Both the position numbers and the translations under genes were made by a program. From Octopus vulgaris (Eukaryota): a stretch of 64,000 bases of DNA. A model generated the notes under the pieces. That model did no database searches, was not told the origin of the DNA, and worked only from the letters and a program-made list of their open reading frames with translations. Below, in pieces: positions 1-14,338 of the stretch (position 1 is its first letter; every line of letters starts with the position of its first letter). The stretch lies in NCBI GenBank assembly GCA_951406725.2, contig OX597824.1, positions 41,292,001-41,356,000 of the forward strand, written 5' to 3'.

Positions 1-1283
1 GCAATCCACCTACAGGAAAAGCATTATGCTTTTCCTGTAATATAAACACAAAAGCTTTGCAATTATTTCCGGAGAGAAAATCTAACACGATAAATCTCGT
101 CTGCTAGCTTAATGTATATCTACATCTTTATATTACACATTTTTTCTGTATTAGATAGGAGTTTAATGGAATATGGGCTGATTTTTACACATTTTAATTA
201 AAACATCTTTTTGCATGTTGTTTCCTGCAAACTTAGTCAGATACTAACATTTTGATCAATCTTGCAAAATTAATTGTATAAATTCTCTCTGAATTACATT
301 AATGAAATCACTCCTCACTATTCCTCCCTATCTGCCAGTCTTTCCTCGTAATATCAATACAGTGATGTTCGTGTTTTAATTATCTCCACAGCCAATATTT
401 ATTTACAAAAATGTAAAGAAAAAGGAAGAGAAGTAACCTTCCTGCTGCCAAATTACTAATCGAGTACATCTTAACATGTTTTATCTACATCTGTCGGTAT
501 CTATCAATCGTAAAAACATATGTTTGCCTCTCTCTGTCGCTATCTATCACTGGAAGTCCATCAGTCTGTCTCCCGATTGGTGTGTTGATTGGCTTTTCTG
601 ATCGTCTGCCTCCCTGTACTTTGCTTGATGTTAGAAGGTACTTCCTGGAGTGTGAATAGGTAGGTATTGCTTGCGATTAAAGGCTGGGTGCACTTGGATA
701 ACTAAAGGGGAGTTACGAATAAAGATGAAAAAAAAATGATGGTGATGATATCGATGATAAAGGTCATAATGATGATGATGATGTAGATGCTCTTGATGTT
801 GAGGAGGAAAAGTATAGTTGCCATAAGACCATGTAAACAAAAGAATTTAAAGACTGTTTTTATCACATTTGTATGTGGAATGTTAGGTTGTCATATATTA
901 TTTAAATCTTTGATCCAAGAGTTGTCTGTCTTTACCAGTCTGATCCGCTTCGCTTGTTCCAAGATCGCCTACGGGCAATATAAGCTAGTATTGTAGGATA
1001 ACAAAACACACACACACACAAAGAAAGGCTAAGTTCACCTCGATGAGAGTTGAACTTTGAGCCACAAAATCAAGTATTCTGGGCTGAATTCTTAACCACT
1101 CTGATACTTCGCTGCCTTGTTACATACGCTTTCTTATCAATAAGAGTGTTGTGGGCTGTGATTAAAAAGCTTACTTTGCAATAACATGGTTTCAGTTTCA
1201 ATCTCGCTGTGCGGCTAACCAAAGCCTTGTGAGTCAAATTTCTTTGACGGAAACTGTGTGGAAGCCCGCTGTATATATGTATA

Positions 1284-1321
<38 letters not shown>

Positions 1322-1344
1322 GTGTGTGTGTGTATATGTGACTG

Positions 1345-1548
1345 CGTGTGTACCGTTGGCGATTTTTTTCCTCCGTCTTGCCTTCCTTGGATCTTTCCTG
1401 TTCCTATGTTTCTGACGAAGAGCTCCGCTCGAAACGTTAAATCCTCATTCTTTCTTTCCTTTCCTGAGCGTCCAATAACATTATACTTGTTCCACGTCCC
1501 CACGTTGTTGTGTTTTCTCTTTGTGTTTTCATGTTTGGATTAACACTA
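1345..1548 (+). mobile_element. Short HHR-bearing non-autonomous element (pLTR-like) between microsatellites
   Basis: Contains the HHR. Similar to 4135-4300(-) and 39020-39195(+). Its 3' end recurs at 6865-6925. Confidence 0.6.
1409..1441 (+). ncRNA. Minimal type I hammerhead ribozyme
   Basis: TTT-CTGACGA-A-GAGC(TCC)GCTC-GAAA-CG-TT-AAA. Intact core, palindromic AACGTT stem III. Confidence 0.75.
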
Positions 1549-1707
1549 TATATATATATCACGGCCAACAAAACTCTTATTAATAAGAAAACGTGTGTAA
1601 CAAGGTAGCGAATTTTTCAGAGTGGTTAGAAATTCGACCCGAATACTTGATTTGGTGACTCAAAGTCAAAATCTCACCGAGGTCAACTTAGCCTTTCTAT
1701 TTTCTTT

Positions 1708-1745
<38 letters not shown>

Positions 1746-1784
1746 GCTATGTTACAATTCTAGCTTATTTTGCTCGTAGGCGGG

Positions 1785-2145
1785 GTTGATTTGTCGTGGA
1801 TAATTTCGTATGCAGAACCATTACTAATTTGCAGAGGACATGCTCTTCGTCGATATTCACCCGACGGTTCATCAGTACCATTTCTGAAGCCGGTTGAATT
1901 ATCACGTCAGTGGTGGAGGTTGAGGGCGTTCTGCTTCCTCTTCATGATTCACGCTCTACTCATACACACTTCTACGCAGTAGAGCCCTGTCCTCGTATTG
2001 TTGTGAAAGTCTGCGAAGAATTTCAGCCACCGAAACACCTTCAGACCAAGGAAATCGGATCACTGATCTCTGTTCTTCGTTGGTGCACACTGACAGCTTT
2101 ACTCTGCAGCACCAGAAAGAAACTGAAGTAATCAATGTCAAATCT
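1785..2145 (-). pseudogene. Mariner/Tc1 transposase N-terminal fragment
   Basis: EEQRSVIRFPWSEGVSVAEILRRLSQQYEDRALLRRSVYE (mariner HTH), continuing with frameshifts as ...EMVLMNRRVNIDE...ISNGSAYEIIHD. Confidence 0.75.
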
Positions 2146-2765
2146 CGTTTGCATAACTACAAGAGTACCGCTTTTTAGCATATAACCGCCGAAGGCAGTG
2201 CGGCCAAGCTAAATAAGGTTTTGGCGAAGGTGTGGTTAATATTAACATACACTCCCTTGTAGAATGTCACTGACTTTTCAGTCATTGTTATCGCAAATAG
2301 CCTGCAAACTCACTAAAAATAATTATTGGCGACGGAAGCATTATTAGTATCAGAGGGCAATCTTTATACCCAACGTAACGTGGACGTCTTGTTAGAATGC
2401 CGAATATTGCTGCATTCGCCTTGAGAGGTTCTCTTCTATACAGGCATGGTGCATAAAAACACAGACATTTATCGTAGCAGACGAGATATAGGCATGTATA
2501 TATTCATCTGTATACATATACACGACTACATGCCTATACAAATATAGCCCTTCTAATAGAAAAGTTATATATATATATATGTGTGTGTGTGTGCGTGCGT
2601 GTGCGTGCGCGCGCTTGTGTGTGTTTGTGTGTGTGTGCGCATGTATGTATGTATATATATATATTCATATAAAAGAGTATAATATAAAAATAAATAGGTA
2701 TTTAATTATCATATCCGTTATCTTTATTCTGTAATTATCTATTATTGTAATCATCAATAATTGTC

Positions 2766-2825
<60 letters not shown>

Positions 2826-3665
2826 TATTATTATTATTATTAATTGTAACCTTTTATTTATTATTTAATAAGGTTAATTCCTTTTATTATAAAGAATAAA
2901 CTGATATTTCATTGTCTTCTCCGTAATTTCTATTTTTTAATTATCCAGTAAGATCCTCGGTGATTGTATTTGTAGTTGAATATAATAATTCCTCAGTTAT
3001 TATAAAAGAAGGTTAATTCCTATAGAAGGGTTTATTATATCAAATAGATAAACAGGTAACTAATTATTGGGACGTAAAGTATTCAAGTTTCTATAAAGCA
3101 TTACGTAGCTTTTATTCTTTAGTTATCTATTAAGCATAACGTAGAATTTTTGCCTGCACTTTTTGTTCTTTAGATATTCAGTGACGTCACCAATATTAGA
3201 TAAATATACTCGTCTTCTATGTAAGGTTTTTTAAAATTTTTATTTTTATGTAGATTTCAAATTATTGAAAAATATGGAATTAATATGGCAGTTTTTATTT
3301 AAACATAAACAGTATGAGAGATCACTATGAGGATCTCTGGTATGCTAAAAATTGACGTCAAACCGTCTTACCACTAAATCTATGTTCTCAACTTAGTAAT
3401 ACGTTGAACTAAATTAGTTATTCAATGACGACGTCACTCTTGGTTGAATGAATGTCTAAAGTTAAAGTTGGTTTGGCGCTTCTTTTTGTCAGCGTTTTTA
3501 ACAGCTACAAGTCTTTCAGATGTTCCGTTAAAATTTCACCAAAATGGATTACCTTGATAATGTTGTGTTGACATAAATTTTCATACATATTATCAATTTC
3601 AATAATATGTAACACACACACACATATATATATATGAAATGTATATATATATGTGTGCGTGTGTG

Positions 3666-3726
<61 letters not shown>

Positions 3727-4223
3727 AATAAATATGTATGTATGTATGTAGATGTTAACGCAACTGAAACAGCTGTTGGATTCTTAAGGTGTCATCTAAA
3801 ATAAAGATATGATTTTCTTAGTATTGATTGTTGTAAATATTTCGAATTTCATAAAATTCTGCACAAGGATTGTTGGATTTACCTGTCATACATGAGGATT
3901 TACTGGTATCTACTCGTTGGAAATTTAACCTTATTCCTTACACTGAGTGCTTAGTTGATATATGCCAGCATTATTAAATCCCATTTTTTCTTTTATATAC
4001 ATACATACAGGCATACATATTCACTCATATATATGAATATGGTATGTGTCTATCTATATATCTATCTATCTATCCATCCATATATATATATCAATATATA
4101 TATATATATACATACATACATAAGTAAGCAGAATTCATGAAAAAAAAAAACCCAAAAGACGAAGACAGGTGGTGTAGAAAACAAACAGATGTATTAGTAT
4201 AACGCTCGGGAATTGAAAAAGTT

Positions 4224-4257
4224 TTTAACGTTTCGAGCCTACGCTCTTCCACAGAAA
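4224..4257 (-). ncRNA. Hammerhead variant (core CTGTGGA)
   Basis: Reverse complement TTT-CTGTGGA-A-GAGC(GTAG)GCTC-GAAA-CG-TT-AAA. Confidence 0.55.
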
Positions 4258-4326
4258 GAAACACAAAGAAACAAGGAGAGAAAAAAATGTGTGCAGTGGC
4301 TAGCGAGCCGGCTGTCTATCTACTCC

Positions 4327-4370
<44 letters not shown>

Positions 4371-4534
4371 ACTTATATGCATAAATATACACAGATACAT
4401 ATCTGTCTATCTATATTTCTACCTACCTATCAGTCTGTTTGTTTGTCTGACTGTCTGTCCGTCCGTACATCTGTCCATATATATATATATATGTATGTAT
4501 GTATGTGTGTGTGTGTGTGTGTATTTAGTATATA

Positions 4535-4830
4535 TGACGGACTCTCTTGTCGAAGACGACGTATGAATGTTCAGTTTTTTTGCCGAACGCCCTGCACAAA
4601 TGATTTGTTTATAGTGATCGAATGTTCCTGCCGCACATTAGCTTACTCACTATCAAATCGACGTTGTATGAACAGGTGCACGGTGTGCCTTGCGTCAAGT
4701 GACGAAGTGATCGCTGAGCAACGTGAGATGAAGTGTTTTGCTCAAGAAGACAACGCACCAACCAGTCTAGGAACTGAAATCACGATTGCGAGATCGGAAA
4801 CGCATCACACTAACAACTAAGCCAAGCGCC
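4535..4830 (-). mobile_element. Degenerate tRNA-derived SINE
   Basis: Reverse-strand head GGCGCTTGGCTTAGTTGTTAG...GATTTCAGTTCC, similar to 45247-45483. Confidence 0.55.
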
Positions 4831-4834
4831 TTCA

Positions 4835-5135
<301 letters not shown>

Positions 5136-5361
5136 TCACACACACACATACATACATACAGGACGTCACCAACAGCAAACAACATGAAATATAAAAAAAA
5201 ACAAATGAGTTACATATGCAAATAATGAGAGAAAAATGGAAAACAGTACAAATAATACAAAGAATACAAAGAACGACCTTTCATCAGTTGCCGGCAGTCT
5301 ATCTACTCCCTATGCACACACACACACACACACACACACATACATGTATATATATATATAC

Positions 5362-5420
<59 letters not shown>

Positions 5421-5604
5421 ATATATATATATAATATATTGGTAAAAACGGTAAGATAACAAAAGAAAGACACCACGATATTATATAAATAGAGGAAATT
5501 TATCTATAAAATAATATGTTACAATTACTGAGTAATTGTAACATTATTTTATATATATATATATATATATAATATATATATATATATAATATATATATAT
5601 ATAT

Positions 5605-6111
5605 ATGCAACAGCTCAGCTACTGGGAAAGTTTGAAACAGCTAAGACTCTACTCCCTGGAGAGAAGACGGGGGAGGTATGCAGTAATATATGTCTGGAAG
5701 ATCCTGGAAGGAATTGTGCCAAATTTTGGCATTGCAAGCTACACCAATGCTAGAACAGGACGACACTGCATAGTGCCAAAGATCCCAGCAATGCCATCAC
5801 GCTTCAGGACCAGCTTCTGCAACAGCCTGGGTTTCAAGGGCCCACAGCTTTTTAATATTCTTCCAAAGAGTCTGAGGAACTTGCACAAAGTAGATGTAGC
5901 GGTTTTTAAATCAAAGCTGGACATCTTCCTGTCGAGAGTCCCAGATGAACCTACCTCACGGCAAGAGGTGCAAATGAGAGTAGCTATATCAAACTCCATT
6001 CTTCACCAAGTGCCACATATTAGAGGAGGTTCTTCGTAATAACAGTGTAGCACAAAACGCCGGTACATCAGCATGGCCACAGCTCTGAGCTGAAACAAGA
6101 AAAAAAAAAAA
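5605..6111 (+). mobile_element. 5'-truncated LINE 3' end (CR1/L2-like ORF2 C-terminus, 3' UTR and A-tail)
   Basis: LSYWESLKQLRLYSLERRRGRYAVIYVWKIL...GPQLFNILP...FKSKLDIFL is typical of CR1-group ORF2 ends. Poly(A) at ~6099-6111. Confidence 0.85.
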
Positions 6112-6118
6112 ATGTCTG

Positions 6119-6207
<89 letters not shown>

Positions 6208-6800
6208 TTGCGTGTGTGCGCGCGAGTTGGTACATACCCCAACAGACACACATGCTTGCATTTTATTAAAACAACGAGTCCAACAAAAGGCGTTTTTTTG
6301 TTTGTTTGACTCAGTGTTTCAATAAAATATGTTCACACTCAGCATTAATACTTAATTCTAAGTGGCGTCACCCAGCGAATGAGTAACCCTTGGATTTACA
6401 TATTCCCTTCACTCATACACACGCATACACGCACACAGACTCATACACACATGCATATCGTTCTTACCTTCCTCAATTTTACATTCCCTACCCTCCCTGA
6501 CTTCACTACATACTGCCGTCTGTTTCCCCACTCATGTCCCACGTTCTCTCTGTCTCTCTCTCTCTCTTTCTCTTATACACATAACACAATCTACAAAGAC
6601 TATTGTACACCACATTTAGTGACCATCTGCTGTTATTTCGAAACAGAAGCACAATGATAAAAAAAGGAACAAAAATAAAACAAAATAAAAACAAAACAAA
6701 CACAAAACAAAAACTGTTCCTAACTACATTCAAACGAAACGTACACAAAGAAAGCTTCAAAAAACTATAGCATATTTTCTTCAATGTATGTATGTATATA

Positions 6801-6867
<67 letters not shown>

Positions 6868-6920
6868 TGCATGTACCACGTCCTCGTGTTGTTTTTTTTC
6901 TTGTCTTCGTTTTTGGGATT

Positions 6921-6961
<41 letters not shown>

Positions 6962-7111
6962 CATACATATATACATACATATATATATATATAAATACAT
7001 GTGTGTGTGCACATACATACGCACATAAATACAGGTATATGTGTATGTACATATATATGTATATACATACACAAATACACACACATACACAAACTCGTAT
7101 ACACACATACA

Positions 7112-7153
<42 letters not shown>

Positions 7154-7235
7154 CACACACAAATAAATATAATATACATAATGTTTCTGTTCTCTTCCTG
7201 TTGTGGAATGTTACCAGAGCGTATATTTTTTCATT

Positions 7236-7307
<72 letters not shown>

Positions 7308-7380
7308 TTACTTATAATAATAATGATAATAATTGTTACTATTATTATTATTATTATTTTTAAAATTTTTATTACGAAGA

Positions 7381-7587
7381 TGGCGAGCTGGTAGAATCGT
7401 TAGCGCGCCGGGCAAAATGCTTAGCGGTATTTCACTCGTTACTATGCTGTGAGTTCAACTTCCACCGAGGTCGACTTTGTCTGTCACCCTTTCGGGGTCG
7501 ATAAAATAAGTACTAGTGAAATACTGGGGTCAATGTAATCGACTCATCCCTTTCCCGCAAATTGCTGCCCTAGTGACAAAATTTGAA

Positions 7588-7590
<3 letters not shown>
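7381..7590 (+). mobile_element. SINE family B (tRNA-derived)
   Basis: GGCGAGCTGG...GAGTTCAA...CGAGGTCGACTTTG...CTTTCGGGGTCGATAA, with an (ATT)n tail. Confidence 0.85.
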
Positions 7591-7845
<255 letters not shown>

Positions 7846-8457
7846 TGTGTAAGGCAATCAAATAAACATTCTGAATAAAGGAAACCTGGTTGAATCAAAT
7901 CGAAACGACAGCTTGCCGTTTGTTTCTCTTGTTTCAATAGGGTTCTGTCTTGTTCATGCTTTATAAAAGGTTCCCCACCCATGACTTGGAATATGCATGT
8001 GCGCATATGTATGTGTTCATATATGTATCTGCAAATAGACAACCACATACATATTCACAAAAAAATTATGTATGCTTGTATGTACGTGTGAATGTGTGTG
8101 TGTGTTTGTGATGTGTGTTATGTACGGGTGTATGTACTAAAAAAACAAAACGAGCTTGTATGAATATTGCTGCTGTAAACGAATGCTATAAACAGGGTAC
8201 TATTTTTACTTAATAACTGGATTTATGTGTTTTACCGTTGCAAACCCTTTGGATGAACACATAGGAGCTTCTTGCAACTTTTATCGCAATTTTTATCGAT
8301 GAAGTCAATGAAGAAAAAGCTCAATGAAAAACAGACATAAATTGGAAAAGAAATTCAACAAAGCAAGCACGATATATCTGTTGGTCTGCTTTGTCGAAAT
8401 TGCTCAATTCCGTGAGTAAATCGAGAACTGATTCTATAAATTGTAATGTGTAAATGA

Positions 8458-8569
<112 letters not shown>

Positions 8570-9505
8570 TTAAGATCAGTTTCAATAATTCTGAGATACT
8601 TAAATCTGTTAAATTCATTTCACTGCCGTTTGTTGTGGAAAAAGAAGTTCTCGCTTAAGACAGAACGGTCTTTGAAACACCATAGACATCTCAAAACGAT
8701 CTCTGTTGGTCTGGTAGATACATTTTGTAATCTTTAGTTCTCTTCAGCATCAGTCACTAAGAGAGGCAACTCTGAGATAACTGGAATGCTTTGCTTCCTT
8801 TACTGCAGATTAGTCAATATTAATGAAAGAGAGCACACATCATGCCAGAACAAGTTCGTAAGTTCGTGCATGAGGCAGTAACGGAAAAAATACAACCTTA
8901 AGGCCAGTTCAGATATGTTTGAGAGATATTTGAACCTGTAAATGCCTTTCACTGTAGTTTGTTGTTGATGAAAAAGTATTTTTCTAACGACTGAAAAATT
9001 AAAAAATAAGAAATTGTAAACAAAATACGTTAAATGACGATAGAAAGTCACACACTCGCACGCGCGCACACACACACAAATCTACACAAACGTCCACCCA
9101 CAAACATTCACCCACGAACACAAACAGACATATAAGCGATATAACTTTTTATGGTGTCAAAGAACAGAGTGAGTGAGTTAGAAAGTAATACTTATTACAA
9201 CAGCTTATGTTAACTGTTTCTTTTTATCTCCCCTTTTTTTTATGAGATCACTCATATATTTTATTGAATATGAAAACTATTAAAATAAAGTCGATAAATT
9301 AAAAAAAGCAGAAAAAAGAACCCTGTTTAAAGGAGCTATTCTATGATTAAACAACATTCAACCCGATATCAAGAAACGTTGCTAGTTATTTTTGAAAATA
9401 TAGCTTCAACAAATAGCTTAATACTTGAACATATACATACGTACATACACTCCCCCAACACACACGCATGCACACTCACACTCACATGCAGCATGCACGC
9501 ACACA

Positions 9506-9572
<67 letters not shown>

Positions 9573-10247
9573 ATAAATTTATGAGAGAGGCGGAAGATGG
9601 AAGATACGATAATTTTTATTAATCCCTACAATTGTTTCGACCCATCCAACAACAACTGGTTCTGGAGCATCCGACAGTGTAGATGTGTTTCTTCGGGTGA
9701 TAAATAGATATAACTCGTTAAAATAACAATTCCGCAAGGTATCTTCTCGGTTCGTGTAAAGAAAAGCAGCAAATTAAAAGATATAGTTACATTTATATAG
9801 AAGATCAATAATAAAAGAAATAACATGCAAAAAAGAAACCAATACAGCGAAAAGAGTATTAAATATAACCTTTAACTGATATGGATGTATAAGCGCCCTC
9901 GCTTATACGTTCATAACTGTATGTGTGTGTGTGCGTGCGTGGGTGTGTTCATGTGTGAGTGTGCGTGCATGTGTAGGTGTGTGTGTGTGTGTGTGTGTGT
10001 GCGTGTATGTACGTACGTATATGTTAAAGTATTAAACTATTTGTTGAAGGTATTTTTTCTAACGGATATCATCCACAACGATGTAAGCATACGCACACGC
10101 GTGGTTTGGTGCATATATGTTCACAGAGCGAATTAAATAGTTACTTGGTGTTTATAAGAATGGATTGTTTATAGCTAAATTTAATTCATCCATACCTCAA
10201 AGTGAATTATGATTATTATTTAACAGTTAGTCAAATTCATTCCCACA

Positions 10248-10392
10248 GGCGTGGCTGTGTGCTAAGAAGTTTACTTTCTAAACACATTATCCCGGGTTCA
10301 GTCCCACTGCGTGGCATCTTCGGCTACTATAGCCACGGGCCGACCAAAGCCTTGTGAGTGGATTTGGTAGATGGAAACTAGAAGAAGCCTAT

Positions 10393-10395
<3 letters not shown>
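10248..10395 (+). mobile_element. SINE family A 5' half
   Basis: GTGGCTGTGTG...GGGTTCAGTCCCACTGCGTGGCA...GAAACT. Confidence 0.8.
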
Positions 10396-10479
<84 letters not shown>

Positions 10480-10593
10480 ATGTGTGTGTGTGTACATACA
10501 TAATATATATATATATGTATATATACATATATAAATATATATATACATATATATATATGCATATATAAATACATATACATTCATATATATATA

Positions 10594-10822
10594 TTTCTTT
10601 ACTGCCCACAAGGGGCTAAACATAGAGGGGACAAACAAGGACAGACAAAGGGATTAAGTCGATTACATCGACCCCAGTGCAAAACTGGTGCTTTATTTTT
10701 CGACCCCGAAAGGATGAAAGGCAAAGTCTACCTCGGCGGAATTTGAACTCACAACGTAACGACAGACGAAATACCGCTAAGCATTTCGCCCGACACGCTA
10801 ACGTTTCTGCCAGCTCGCCGCC
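10594..10822 (-). mobile_element. SINE family B
   Basis: Reverse complement of the family B pattern. Confidence 0.88.
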
Positions 10823-10956
10823 ATTCATATATATATATTTACATGTATTTACATATGTATGTATATATATATATGCATATATACTTGTATATATACATGC
10901 ATATAAATATACATATATACATATATTGATATATATATATATATATATACATATAT

Positions 10957-11019
<63 letters not shown>

Positions 11020-11778
11020 TGTGATGATATAAATAATATATATATGCATATATGGGTACAGGACGTGAAATACAAAATACGAAAGCAAATGAATTAAATA
11101 CTCAAATAACGAGAGAAAAAATGGAAAACAAGGCAAGTAATACAAAGGACGGCTCTTCATCAGTTGTCGACTGTTTATCTACTCCCCATGAAGACTGTTA
11201 CTCCCATAATATCAAGATATAATTGGATTTATGGAGGCTCAAAGTTAGGAACAAAACCAGGACAGTGGAGACATACAGGGAATCCGAACGAAAACTAAAA
11301 TGGAGGGTCGTTAGACCTGAACGATGGGAAAATAGTGAATTATGGTAGAAATATTTTCTTTGAAAAGAGAAATGATAGAAGACGGTCCAGTCCTTAGAGC
11401 GTCCGTATAGGGAAGAAAGATGGTCACGGCCCTCCTACTAAATTCTAGTCGGTCGAAAGTTTCCCAGGGTAACAGAATGTAACATGAATATATATATCAT
11501 CGTTTTCTCTGTGTCTCCTTTTTCCTTTTCTTTTTCTCCATTTTCTATCTTTTTATTTACTTTTCCTCTCTGATGAAGTTCGACTATACAAATTGATTTA
11601 ATTAATTAATTTATCAATTACAATGATAATAATTATTATTATTGTGGTGGTTAAATCTGGAAATGGCGCTGACAGAAACAGCTGGAGGAGGAGATTCTGT
11701 GTTTTATATTTAATTAATAAATGGTAGTTGGTGTACATCATTATCATTATCAATTTTATCTCTGTTTGTTGTTTTTCT

Positions 11779-11879
<101 letters not shown>

Positions 11880-12221
11880 TTATATATACGCATGCACATA
11901 TGCACACACCTATACAAACATGAGTACAGATTTTATTTCATTTTAATTTTATTTCACGTTTACTTTGTGTAGTTTTACTCGTGTATACTCTAACTCATTA
12001 TTCAAGATTATTATTATCATTATTATTATTATTCTATGTTTGTACAAGTTGTATAAGCTGGAAGTTCATGTTGGTGTTATGCCTTGGGTGCCATATATTT
12101 GGTTTTGTACTTACCGTTGTACTAGTGAGTGTCTAAAAAACCATACGAATATTGTTTGTTTTAAAACTTGAGATTACATAGAAAGTATTTTGCGTAGGAT
12201 ATGAGCAGTTCCCATGAGCAC

Positions 12222-12288
<67 letters not shown>

Positions 12289-12325
12289 CATTATCATCAT
12301 CATCATCAACATCATCATTATTATT

Positions 12326-12887
12326 ACTGAGTGAGAGAGCAGTGCATGCCATCAAAGTGACACTGGGGTAAAATATACGAAGCCCAGTATACCCATCATG
12401 ACTACCCGTCTGATAAGGGTACACTTGGCACATGCATCACAACCATATGTGTACGACATGGTGATCTTATATCAAGATAAACAGCACATGACCTTGCAGG
12501 TGGGGCCCAGTTAGAATTTTGTTCTGGTCGAGTAACCTATGAAAGGGTCCCTGAATAAGGGTTGTTTAAGGATGTTGAACAAAACACCCATGTTTCCTGA
12601 GGTGAATTATTCAAACCCCCAAAGAATCCCCCTCAATGATACTCCCCCACTACTTCTGCTCGTGATCAAAGATGCACATATCGTCAGCCACTAAGGGACA
12701 TGCTCAACTGGTTAAGGTCAAACAACTGACAAGCAAATCTGTGGTATTGAGCAGAATATTTGCTGTAGCCCATCTTTTATACCAAGACAAAACAATGTAC
12801 ATGATAACACTTCCAATCAGTTAAGACTAGAAGCCATGGAAGCCACTGCTTGGTACAGCATCAGAGCACAGCCACTGCCTGATATCA

Positions 12888-12888
<1 letters not shown>
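12326..12888. repeat. Probable interspersed repeat embedded in (ATT)n
   Basis: Non-microsatellite 560-bp block sharply bounded by ATT arrays on both sides. Family not determined. Confidence 0.4.
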
Positions 12889-12946
<58 letters not shown>

Positions 12947-13235
12947 TTTCATTAAAAATAAAATTAATAATTTTAACGCATGCGTGCACACACACATATA
13001 TGCATACACATATAATAAACATGGTTATATATTCTGAGTTTTCCAACGGATCAGAATGTATTCCTGTATTGTCCCTTTGTGTACCCTGATGATTTTCCAT
13101 CCAATGTATTTTGAAATGCAAGACTATATTTTTATATGTTCTGTAGTTTTAATTTTGGTTGTGAAATGAAACAATTTTAGATAAATATGTTAATTAATTA
13201 ACAAGTTAATTTGTATCCATATATATATATAAATT

Positions 13236-13766
13236 ATCAAAATAAGCAACAAGGATATCCAAAGGTAATGCAGTACGATCGTTTCATCCGACTTCATTTA
13301 ATTAAACAATGCAAGTATTACATCAGTTTTAAAATGTAGAGCAATCTTCAGCTGCATATGGAATTTTTTAGTTAAATTGAAAGTCATTTTTATACTTATT
13401 TCATTTACCAACATCACAAAGAGGGTAAGTATATAGACATTTACTACCATGTTTCTGTTAATGAGACTGGTCCCTCTGTCTATATACTTACCCTCTTTGT
13501 GATGTTCGTAAATGGAATAAGTATAAAAATGAATCTTTTCCATTTAACTAAAAATTCCATATGCAGCTGAAGATCGCTCTACATTTTAAAACTGATGTAA
13601 TACTTGCATTGTTTAATTAAATGAAGTCGCATGAAACGATCGTACCGCATTACCTTTGGATATCCTTGTTGCTTATTTTGATTATAATCACCCCATTTTG
13701 AATTATATGGATAATACCATACCAAATTCTGGTACCATATTTAACTGAATCTAAATTTTTACTGAA

Positions 13767-13769
<3 letters not shown>
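13236..13769 (+). mobile_element. Fold-back element: ~204-bp inverted arms (13236-13439 / 13477-13682) with HHR-like motif, in (TA)n
   Basis: Arms are reverse complements with a few mismatches. The right arm continues ~88 bp to (TA)n. Confidence 0.85.
13563..13648 (+). ncRNA. Hammerhead-like motif with long domain II (mirror at 13270-13355, - strand)
   Basis: GCAG-CTGAAGA-[57 nt]-GAAA-CGATCG-TA-C(C/T)GC. Palindromic ACGATCGT stem III. Confidence 0.5.
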
Positions 13770-13805
<36 letters not shown>

Positions 13806-13908
13806 ATAGAAATGGCAAGGCAACAAAAGATTGACAGAGACCTCGATGTTATGTAAATAGAGGATTTTATCTTTAAACATAATACGTGACGATTATTCGG
13901 TAGCCATG

Positions 13909-13967
13909 ATAAAACTCCGAGTTTCGGATGTCAGGGCGGAAACCCACGCCGGCATCTCTTCAGTTAT
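13909..13967 (-). ncRNA. Type I hammerhead ribozyme
   Basis: Reverse complement ATAA-CTGAAGA-GATG...CATCC-GAAA-CTCGGAG-TT-TTAT. Confidence 0.65.
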
Positions 13968-14039
13968 ATATATATTCTGTTATATGTTTCAGCACTAAGG
14001 CTACGGCTATGCATGATAAATATATATATATGTGTGTAT

Positions 14040-14210
14040 CTTTGCGTTTGTCCCCGACCACCACTTGACAACCGGTGTTGGTGTGTTTACGTTCCCGTAA
14101 CTTAGTGGTTTGGCAAAAGAGACCAACAGAATAAGTACTACAGTCAATTCGTTCGACTAAAATTCTTTAAGGTGGTGTCCCAGCATGACCACAGTCTAAT
14201 AATTGAAACA
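14040..14210 (+). mobile_element. SINE family A 3' half (degenerate)
   Basis: TTTGTCCCC...CTTGACAACCG...AGAATAAGTACT...CAGCATGACC. Confidence 0.7.
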
Positions 14211-14263
14211 GATAGTAGATAACAGATGATATATATATCAGTAAGTACACAAATAGGTTAAGG

Positions 14264-14338
14264 TTCACTACAGCTGTTTCAGACGTGTTTTTGTTTTTGA
14301 TGAACAAATCAATAAAAATGTCCGTTTTCTTCAGTGAA
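14264..14338 (-). ncRNA. Hammerhead-like motif with extended stem II
   Basis: Reverse complement TTCA-CTGAAGA-AAACG...(TTGAT/ATCAA hairpin)...CGTCT-GAAA-CAGCTG-TA-GTGAA. Confidence 0.55.
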
